A stretch of DNA of 46,122 nucleotides from a virus. The stretch is from IMG/VR virus record IMGVR_UViG_3300010331_000005. The stretch is one strand, 5' to 3'. The notes beneath the pieces are model-generated. The model ran no database searches. It saw nothing but the letters and a program-made list of their open reading frames with translations, and had not been told where the DNA came from. Both the position numbers and the translations under genes were made by a program. Positions 35,091-41,470 of the stretch are shown piece after piece; the stretch's first letter is position 1; every line of letters starts with the position of its first letter.

Positions 35091-35285
35091 TTAGATGCCT
35101 TTGCTCATAAGACCACTCTTATGTACAGTTATGGTTTTAGTAGAAACAGGATTAATAAGATGGTTAAATTCTTTCAAGGCATCTTTGTACAGGTTTAAAA
35201 AATCTTCGTGCGTAGTGGCACTAGAAAGTTTGCCTGTATTACATATGTAGGATATGGCAAGTTTATGGATCAATTCTTTAGACAA
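35091..35285 (-). CDS. Hypothetical 64-aa protein, convergent with 34823..35089
   Basis: TTG start after gggaggtg (MSKELIHKLAISY...). The track ATG 35318 lacks an SD. The two stop codons are 1 nt apart. Confidence 0.5.
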   Translation of the reverse strand: MSKELIHKLAISYICNTGKLSSATTHEDFLNLYKDALKEFNHLINPVSTKTITVHKSGLMSKGI

Positions 35286-35405
35286 TAGAAACACCTCCCT
35301 TCTAAGGAAGTTTAACACATATTTTTACATATGGACACGAATAAAAGTATTATTATGTAAAGTTATGGTGTATGATAATGGTAAAATAAACAGGAGGTAA
35401 TTCTG

Positions 35406-35930
35406 ATGATAGAAATAATTAAAAAGAAACCTATTTATAAAAAGGTTTGGTTTTGGATAATTGCATTATTTTTTTTAATTAGTGTTATTAGTGCTGTAAC
35501 AGGAGATGAAAATAGTTCAAATACAGTATCTAATAATATGAATACAATTCAAGAAGCTAAGTCTCAATCCGCATCTACGGTTGCTCCAACACCTAAACCA
35601 ACACTTTCACCTGCTGAAATAGCTAAAAAAGCTGAAGATGATAAAATAAATGCTGAGGTGCAAAAAGTTACTGATCATAAGATATGGGTTGATGCTTTAT
35701 TTAGTCCGTGGGATGGAAGTTGTAAAGAATTAGTTAAACTAATCAAAGATAACATGAATGATCCTGATAGTTTCAAACATGTTGATACAAGGTTTACTAA
35801 TAATAAAGATGATAGCGTTACTATTATTATGAAATATAGGGGAAAGAATTCATTTGGTGGTGTTGTTACCGAATATGTTGAAGCAAAAGCTGATTATAAA
35901 ACGAATATGATATCAATTGTTTCTCAATAA
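35406..35930 (+). CDS. Membrane-anchored or secreted protein (candidate superinfection exclusion)
   Basis: N-terminal TM VWFWIIALFFLISVISAV, Ser/Thr/Pro linker, then a C-terminal globular domain NDPDSFKHV...YRGKNSFGGVV. Confidence 0.6.
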   Translation: MIEIIKKKPIYKKVWFWIIALFFLISVISAVTGDENSSNTVSNNMNTIQEAKSQSASTVAPTPKPTLSPAEIAKKAEDDKINAEVQKVTDHKIWVDALFSPWDGSCKELVKLIKDNMNDPDSFKHVDTRFTNNKDDSVTIIMKYRGKNSFGGVVTEYVEAKADYKTNMISIVSQ

Positions 35931-35946
35931 TAATAATTAAAACAAG

Positions 35947-35982
35947 AGCCTCTCCTGAACCCATCGGAGGGGCTTATTTTTT
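35947..35982. terminator. Bidirectional terminator between convergent genes
   Basis: gcctctcc...ggaggggc stem flanked by an A-run and a T-run. Confidence 0.65.
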
Positions 35983-36186
35983 ATCGTCTGGTATGTATTC
36001 AATCAATTCATCAAGTCTACACCCAAGAACTTCACACATCTTATTTAAATGATCTAAATTTACATGTTTAATAAATTCATGATAATATGCATTTACTGTG
36101 CCTGGTCTTATACCTGTTTTCTTTACTATATATAATTGAGTCAACTTTTTACGTCCGAGTATTTCGGATAAATAAATTTTAATCAT
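35974..36186 (-). CDS. XRE-family HTH regulator
   Basis: LSEILGRKKLTQLYIVKKTGIRPGTVNAYY...LNKMCEVLGCRLDELIEY. SD aggagg. Confidence 0.75.
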   Translation of the reverse strand: MIKIYLSEILGRKKLTQLYIVKKTGIRPGTVNAYYHEFIKHVNLDHLNKMCEVLGCRLDELIEYIPDDKK

Positions 36187-36344
36187 GGGTATATCCTCCT
36201 ATAGGATAGGAAGATTGTACCATAGTTATATCATAATTCGCTGTATTAGTACTAATCATGTAGACATTCTACGTATCAGGTAGTATTATTTAAATAAATC
36301 TACATTATGTAAATCATTAGTAAAGGAGGCAAATGTTGAATAAT

Positions 36345-36360
36345 GTCGAATGGTGTCGAA
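36345..36360 (+). repeat. Direct repeat GTCGAATGGTGTCGAA, copy 1
   Basis: Identical 16-mer at 38878-38893. Contains two TGTCGAA/GTCGAA units 10 bp apart. Confidence 0.85.
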
Positions 36361-36448
36361 AGAAATATTTATCTTGATTTACAGTTTAACGAAGCATATA
36401 ATAACTATACGAACGTATGTTCTATTTGCAGTAAAAGGAGAATATTAA

Positions 36449-36669
36449 TGGGCAAATCAGAAAAAGAATTCATAATGGATAAGTGCGAAGAAATAACAAC
36501 AGCATGCCATGAATATCAAGAGTTGAATATCAAAATTTTAGAAGAAGAAAATGACATAAGAAAAATGCTAGGCAAAGAAGGTTTAAGCAGCTTTATTAGA
36601 TATGAGAGTTTAATAATTGAACAACTTACCCTTGCAAAGTATATTATATATATAGGTGCTTCAGATTAG
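36449..36669 (+). CDS. Hypothetical helical protein (73 aa; alternative 108-aa form from ATG 36343)
   Basis: SD aaaaggag is 8 nt before ATG 36449. ATG 36343 is in frame but poorly spaced from its SD. Confidence 0.5.
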
Positions 36670-36684
36670 CAAGTGGTCGCAAAT

Positions 36685-36724
36685 TTGTACCTAAAATAAA
36701 CCTAATACCTAAAATGTACCTAAT
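36685..36724 (+). repeat. Arm-type integrase-binding repeats, P arm (TGTACCTAA)
   Basis: TTGTACCTAAA (36685-95) and ATGTACCTAAT (36714-24), plus degenerate aaacctaat / atacctaaa between them. Confidence 0.6.
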
Positions 36725-36841
36725 ATTTATTACTATTTAGTTTACATAACAACGTGGTTCCATTTGAAACCGTTATTTGTAACCCTAATAGATTAAACAT
36801 TGTTAACTACTATTATAGTTGCATATAATTAAGGAGTAATA

Positions 36842-36887
36842 CTTGGGGTGCAGGGGGTCGCAAGTTCAAATCTTGTCACTCTGACCA
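36842..36887 (+). other. attP core: 3' part of a tRNA gene (anticodon loop to CCA), probably tRNA-Pro
   Basis: cttGGGgt-gcagg-gggtc-GCAAG-TTCAAAT-CTTGT-cactctg-a-cca. Canonical T-arm; implied C1:G72 plus A73. No matching 5' half is present. Confidence 0.65.
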
Positions 36888-36893
36888 TTGAAA

Positions 36894-36932
36894 TAAGCGA
36901 CTTGCAGAGAATTGTAAGTCGCTTATATTTTG
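36894..36932. terminator. Terminator carried with the tRNA 3' fragment; also ends the integrase transcript
   Basis: aagcgactt...aagtcgctt stem followed by atatttt. Confidence 0.65.
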
Positions 36933-36936
36933 CAAT

Positions 36937-36958
36937 TTGTACCTAATTTGTACCTAAT
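36937..36958 (+). repeat. Arm-type integrase-binding repeats, P' arm (tandem TTGTACCTAAT x2)
   Basis: Exact tandem 11-mers at 36937-47 and 36948-58, in the same orientation as the P-arm copies. Confidence 0.7.
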
Positions 36959-36977
36959 ATTTTAAAACGTAATATTC

Positions 36978-38207
36978 TTAAACTTTCCTTTTCTTTTGAA
37001 ACAACTGTATAACTTTTCCTTCTTTTTTTTCTTCTATTTTATCCATTTCATTATCTAGATCATTAAATGCTTGATCAATTTTACTAGCAACTTTTTGAGT
37101 ATCAGACAACATAGTTCCATATATATCTTCAGTTGTTGTAGATTCGTCATGTCCTAAAGCTTCTTGCAATTCTGATCTAGTTAATAACCCTTTAGACATA
37201 TAAACGAAAGTATGTCTAAACATATGTGGAGTTACATGTATATTGGCTTTTAAATTAATTCTATCTATTGCACTATTAAAACTATCCGGTTTTAATAAAG
37301 TGCCTTTTTCAGATGGGAATATTAAGTCTATTTTTTTAAGATCTTCATTAAACAATATTGGATTTGTTTCATTGATTAACATTTCTTTTTGCATATTCAA
37401 ATAATAGATAGCTCTATCTGATAAAGGAACATAATGCAACTCTGCGGATTTTGTATCTCCAATGCCTGATGCACTATTTGATTCATCAATTGTAATTCTT
37501 TTATCTTTAAAGTCGATATCTGACCATTTAAGAGCTAGAAGCTCACCTCTGCGAAGTCCAGTTACTAGTAAAAATCTCATTGCCCAATACCAGCGTGTTT
37601 TTTTTGCATACTCGAATAGTATTTTTAACTCTGATGTTTTGAGTGTCTTTCTTGGCTTGGCTTGTTTGTTTGGTATCTCTATTTTGCAAACTGGATTTTC
37701 AGCTATAACTTTATCGTCAACTGCTTTTGTAAATGCAATGTTCATAACTTTTCTAACGTGTTTCATTGTCCAGGTGCTTAACTTTTCACCGGAATCGTAT
37801 GTTTCCCATTCCTTTGTTTCTTTATTTTTCCTTCTGACTTGTTTAGTTTTCTTATTCATTTCAGCTATTATTTGTTGAATATCGTACTTTTTTATACTTG
37901 ATAGTTTCTTTTTTCCTATTTCAGGTTTAATATGTTGCTCCCATAAATATTTATATTGCTCGTAAGTTGCTGGTTTTTTTAATGGTTCTACATATATATT
38001 AAGCCATTTTTCAAACCAATCAGCAACAGTTATTTTTACTTTAATTATTGGAAGTCCAGCAACATCTTTAATTTTCTCTTGCAACTCTTTTGGTGTCCTG
38101 GCTGTAATTTGGCGCAGATCACCATCAATCATTTGTTTCCATTTAATACGTCCATCTTTTAGTTTGGTATAACTTCCTTGGCCATTAGGATTTTTTTGTT
38201 TAGGCAT
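36978..38207 (-). CDS. int: Tyrosine integrase
   Basis: GLRRGELLAL (R), HMFRHTF (HxxR), LGHDES (H), EDIYGTM (Y). Start MPKQKNPNGQG after aaggagg, not the track start 38330. Confidence 0.9.
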   Translation of the reverse strand: MPKQKNPNGQGSYTKLKDGRIKWKQMIDGDLRQITARTPKELQEKIKDVAGLPIIKVKITVADWFEKWLNIYVEPLKKPATYEQYKYLWEQHIKPEIGKKKLSSIKKYDIQQIIAEMNKKTKQVRRKNKETKEWETYDSGEKLSTWTMKHVRKVMNIAFTKAVDDKVIAENPVCKIEIPNKQAKPRKTLKTSELKILFEYAKKTRWYWAMRFLLVTGLRRGELLALKWSDIDFKDKRITIDESNSASGIGDTKSAELHYVPLSDRAIYYLNMQKEMLINETNPILFNEDLKKIDLIFPSEKGTLLKPDSFNSAIDRINLKANIHVTPHMFRHTFVYMSKGLLTRSELQEALGHDESTTTEDIYGTMLSDTQKVASKIDQAFNDLDNEMDKIEEKKEGKVIQLFQKKRKV

Positions 38208-38211
38208 AGTG

Positions 38212-38442
38212 TTACCTCCTTGTCGGTGTTGGATCATCGGTTGCTCCAATGAGATAATCGCATGAAACTTGAAAATAATCAGCAAATATTTTACATGTAT
38301 AAATATCCGGTACCCTCTTACAGTGTTCATAGTTGGAGAGAGAGCTGTGGCCTATACCTAACTCTGTTGCCAGCTGTCTTAACCCCATACCTTTATCTTC
38401 TCTTAAACCTCTTACTCTGTTTGCGAAAATTTCACTAGCCAT
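38212..38442 (-). CDS. CI-like XRE-family repressor
   Basis: FANRVRGLREDKGMGLRQLATELGIGHSSLSNYEH. Divergent from the cro-like gene and co-oriented with int, 5 nt upstream of it. Confidence 0.8.
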   Translation of the reverse strand: MASEIFANRVRGLREDKGMGLRQLATELGIGHSSLSNYEHCKRVPDIYTCKIFADYFQVSCDYLIGATDDPTPTRR

Positions 38443-38491
38443 ATTGTTGCTCCTGTTTCTATAAGTTTATTTGTTGTTTACATTTGAGAAC

Positions 38492-38520
38492 ATTATATTA
38501 TATAGTTAAAGTTAACGCAA
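38492..38520 (-). promoter_or_regulatory. Repressor promoter (minus strand)
   Basis: On the minus strand: TTGCGT (plus 38515-20), 17-nt spacer, TATAAT (plus 38492-97). Confidence 0.5.
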
Positions 38521-38550
38521 ACATTATTTAATATTTATTTAAAAAAAGTA

Positions 38551-38597
38551 TTGACATATTGCGACAAGTTTTATACAATGGTCGCAAATGAGAACAC
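38551..38597 (+). promoter_or_regulatory. Early rightward promoter with operator half-sites
   Basis: TTGACA (38551-56), 17-nt spacer, TACAAT (38574-79). TTGCGAC (38560-65) and GTCGCAA (38581-87) are inverted around the -10, followed by aaTGAGAACA. Confidence 0.65.
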
Positions 38598-38623
38598 AAC
38601 ATTTCAAAAAGGAGGTGGTAAGC

Positions 38624-38866
38624 GTGATTAAAAAATTCCATCGTATAAGAGAATTAAAAGCTAAATACGGAATAACTGATTTTGAAATGTCTAAGGTAAT
38701 ATGTTGCTCAACAGTGTCTATGTCAAATAAAATCAATGGTGCAAGACCTTTTAATATTGAAGAAGCACTTCGTATAATCTTATTCTTTGAAAACAAAGGT
38801 GAACAAATAACATTTAAGGAGCTTTTTTTTAATGAAGTGGTCTCAAATGAGAACATATCGGCATAA
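38624..38866 (+). CDS. Cro-like HTH regulator
   Basis: GTG start after aaaggaggtg. IRELKAKYGITDFEMSKVICCSTVSMSNKINGARPF. Confidence 0.7.
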   Translation: MIKKFHRIRELKAKYGITDFEMSKVICCSTVSMSNKINGARPFNIEEALRIILFFENKGEQITFKELFFNEVVSNENISA

Positions 38867-38877
38867 GTTCACAAGAA

Positions 38878-38893
38878 GTCGAATGGTGTCGAA
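38878..38893 (+). repeat. Direct repeat GTCGAATGGTGTCGAA, copy 2
   Basis: Identical to 36345-36360; lies 12 nt after the cro-like stop. Confidence 0.85.
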
Positions 38894-38966
38894 CGATTTA
38901 TTTTAGAAATTGCTACAAAATGTACCTTGATAACTAAATAAATCTTAAAAAGAAAGGAGAAGCAAA

Positions 38967-39095
38967 ATGCAAAACGAAGACGAGTTTAATACCAAAATAG
39001 ATCGCCAGAATAAAGTAATTTTCAGTTACTTGGCAACTATCACAATTAGTGTAGTAACAACCTTAATCATGCTAAAACTTGTTGGCGCTATTTAA
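38967..39095 (+). CDS. Small membrane protein (42 aa), below the ORF-track cutoff
   Basis: MQNEDEFNTKIDRQNKVIFSYLATITISVVTTLIMLKLVGAI. SD aaaggag is 7 nt upstream. Confidence 0.55.
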   Translation: MQNEDEFNTKIDRQNKVIFSYLATITISVVTTLIMLKLVGAI

Positions 39096-39435
39096 AAAAT
39101 CCCTTTACCCAAAGAGCTATAAGAGTAGTGGTAATAGAAACCAAAATAGGTGTTAATATACTTTTAAAAATGAATTGCTTAAATTTAATCCATATAAATT
39201 CCCTACGATTAACAGATTCGTAAGGAATGGATATGTTATAGATTTCATCGATACCACCTTCACATACTAGTAACTTTATATCGTGGAGATGCCAAAGAGA
39301 TTCATTGATTAAATTAATAGGCATTTTAGGTAAAAGCGGTACAAGCAGCTCAGACCCATTAACAAAATTTATTTTATTTCTAGCTTTAATAACAGCCTTT
39401 AGAACCTTTTTAGATTTACGATCAAGAAATACCAT
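39088..39435 (-). CDS. Membrane-anchored hypothetical protein, stand-alone minus-strand gene
   Basis: C-terminal TM SILTPILVSITTTLIALWV. SD gaggtga. Minus-strand extended -10 TGaTATAAT (plus 39455-63). Confidence 0.6.
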   Translation of the reverse strand: MVFLDRKSKKVLKAVIKARNKINFVNGSELLVPLLPKMPINLINESLWHLHDIKLLVCEGGIDEIYNISIPYESVNRREFIWIKFKQFIFKSILTPILVSITTTLIALWVKGFFK

Positions 39436-39485
39436 TACAAATCACCTCAATTACATTATATCACAGGAGGTATAAAGGAGTAACA

Positions 39486-40070
39486 ATGCAAAATTTAATT
39501 AAAATTAAAAACACAGAAATTCAAATCAAAGAGTACCAAGGTAAGAGGGTTTGCACGTTAAAAGATATAGACATTTGTCACCAAAGACCAGAAGGAACTG
39601 CAAGGCACGCATTCAATCGTAATAAAAAGCGCTTTAACGATGGAGAAGATTACTTAGGACGTAATACGACCGAAGCAAAAACGGAGTTTGGAATAACAGC
39701 TCCTTCAGGGTTAATCTTGATAACTGAAAGCGGATACATGATGCTAGCAAAAGTTTTTGATGATGACCTATCTTGGGAAGTCCAACGCCAACTGGTAAAC
39801 AATTACTTCCGCAAGCCTGCACCCAAAAAAACCATGCTAGAAGAGTTAAACACAAAACTTGTCATAGGCCTAAAAAATGCAGATGCTTGCAAAGATAACA
39901 AAAAAGCTTTTCGTACCGCGATGTTAGAAAATGGCAAGACGTACAGACTGTGGCTTAAACAGGAAAAGGAATGGTTAACGTTCATCGGATTTGTTAAGAA
40001 GGAAATAAACTCTCACAAGCAGCAAGCAGAAAGCACGCTAAGCATTCAAGAATATGCAGTAAAAATTTAA
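39486..40070 (+). CDS. ORF6N/KilA-N-type antirepressor-like protein
   Basis: VCTLKDIDICHQRPEGTARHAFNRNKKRFNDGEDY...ILITESGYMMLAKVFDDDLSWEVQRQLVNNYF. Confidence 0.6.
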   Translation: MQNLIKIKNTEIQIKEYQGKRVCTLKDIDICHQRPEGTARHAFNRNKKRFNDGEDYLGRNTTEAKTEFGITAPSGLILITESGYMMLAKVFDDDLSWEVQRQLVNNYFRKPAPKKTMLEELNTKLVIGLKNADACKDNKKAFRTAMLENGKTYRLWLKQEKEWLTFIGFVKKEINSHKQQAESTLSIQEYAVKI

Positions 40071-40086
40071 GAAAGGAGCTCGTTCC

Positions 40087-40386
40087 ATGGCCAAGAGAAT
40101 AACAGATGACCAGTTAATAGAAGAAGTAAAACGCATTGGGTACGACAAGGCAGCGCAGTACGATATCGCAAAGAGATATAACTTATCAGTAAGTAGAGTT
40201 AATTCCCGGATATCTGAATTAAAGATTCAAGATAAAGCGCCTGATCCCACAGAACATGAAACGAGGGTGCAAGAGAATTATAAGGTCCATATTTTAAAAA
40301 GTTTTTTGGACAAGCTTGGGATTGATGCGGGAACTTATGTAAATGTAACCCTAGAAAATGACAGGCTGATTATTCAGAAAGTGTAG
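40087..40386 (+). CDS. DNA-binding protein: N-terminal HTH-like segment plus C-terminal AbrB/SpoVT-like segment
   Basis: DQLIEEVKRIGYDKAAQYDIAKRYNLSVSRVNSRISELK. C-terminal LDKLGIDAGTYVNVTLENDRLIIQKV. Confidence 0.5.
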   Translation: MAKRITDDQLIEEVKRIGYDKAAQYDIAKRYNLSVSRVNSRISELKIQDKAPDPTEHETRVQENYKVHILKSFLDKLGIDAGTYVNVTLENDRLIIQKV

Positions 40387-40404
40387 AAAGGAGAGTGAGA
40401 AGAA

Positions 40405-40671
40405 ATGTATGCAACAAAGAAAAACGAAAAAATTGCCAGACAAATTATTAATCTGCTGGCAGAAGAAAAAGTTTCACTGGATGATGCTGGACAAATTTTA
40501 ATATATGCAAAATTTGCAATTTCCGAAACATCCACAGTGCAAGCTGTTAGTGAAAAATTATTTAATGTTGAAGTGGAAGAAAAAGGAGCTGCCCTGAAAG
40601 TACCAGTTTCAGAACAGCCAAAAGAAATATTTGCAAAAACAATAATTGATGGAACATTACTTCTTAAGTGA
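40405..40671 (+). CDS. Hypothetical protein
   Basis: SD gaaaggagag; no motif recognised. Confidence 0.55.
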   Translation: MYATKKNEKIARQIINLLAEEKVSLDDAGQILIYAKFAISETSTVQAVSEKLFNVEVEEKGAALKVPVSEQPKEIFAKTIIDGTLLLK

Positions 40672-40875
40672 TTCACATCTCAAATAAATACATTTACAGT
40701 CGGAACATCCGTATAAATCAACAGGAAGCCCACTTGTAGGATTGAAAGCAGGAGGAGTTTGAGTTGTATCAACTGTAGTTAGAATATAGGATGTTGTTCC
40801 CACTGGCGGTGTTACTTTCCCTATGTTAGGACCGCTACAAAAAGGACATTTCGGTTTGTTTACTATAATATCCAT
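40657..40875 (-). CDS. Zinc-ribbon protein (72 aa), stand-alone minus-strand gene
   Basis: MDIIVNKPKCPFCSG...GCSDCKC. SD gggaggtga. Minus-strand promoter TTGTGG, 17-nt spacer including TG, TAAAAT (plus 40898-40926). Confidence 0.6.
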   Translation of the reverse strand: MDIIVNKPKCPFCSGPNIGKVTPPVGTTSYILTTVDTTQTPPAFNPTSGLPVDLYGCSDCKCIYLRCESLKK

Positions 40876-40941
40876 AAAATCACCTCCCTTCGACAATATT
40901 TTACCATAAGGGAGAAAATACCACAAGAAAGGCGGTGCAAT

Positions 40942-41079
40942 ATGAAACTATTTTTAACCGTAATCCTAGTAATTTTTATTATAGTGGTTCTCCTGAGTAT
41001 ATTTGCAATTATGAAACTTAGTAGTATTTGCAGCAGACAGGAAGAACAGGAAAGATTGGAGGACAACGAGATATGTTAG
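40942..41079 (+). CDS. Small membrane protein (45 aa), below the ORF-track cutoff
   Basis: MKLFLTVILVIFIIVVLLSIFAIM then a charged tail. SD aaaggcgg. Confidence 0.5.
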   Translation: MKLFLTVILVIFIIVVLLSIFAIMKLSSICSRQEEQERLEDNEIC

Positions 41080-41441
41080 AGAATGATTTACCATTCTGGA
41101 AAGAAAGATTAGCAACTGAAATGGACCGATTAACGAAATTATACATTTTCAGTAAAGGTGTAGAACATAGTGGCACGATGGATTGTAAAAGAGAAATTAA
41201 AAGACTCAGTGCCAAAATAACAGAACCGGTTGAATCCATGTCACTAGAAATAGAATCGTTAAAAGCTAAGTTAGAAAAAGCCAAGATATTATTGAGGGAA
41301 TATGAAATCTGCATCTGCTGCGTAAATGATTCTAAGCTAAAAATTGAGCAGCTTCCAAAAGATCATCCTTGTAATTTATGTCGGCTGAGCAATATAAACG
41401 GATTGAACTGGAAGTTTAACGAGGAGCTGCTAGAATCATGA
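41073..41441 (+). CDS. Coiled-coil protein with C-terminal Cys cluster
   Basis: Start MLENDLPFW after ggagg, overlapping the previous stop. CICC...CNLC. Confidence 0.6.
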   Translation: MLENDLPFWKERLATEMDRLTKLYIFSKGVEHSGTMDCKREIKRLSAKITEPVESMSLEIESLKAKLEKAKILLREYEICICCVNDSKLKIEQLPKDHPCNLCRLSNINGLNWKFNEELLES

Positions 41442-41470
41442 ACCGTAAATGAAAGGAGATAACTAAGCCA

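Noticed and set aside
36842-36887. A complete tRNA gene at the attachment region
   Set aside because: Only the anticodon loop through CCA is tRNA-like. Upstream bases cannot form the anticodon stem, D-arm or acceptor 5' strand, so this is an attP core and not a functional tRNA.
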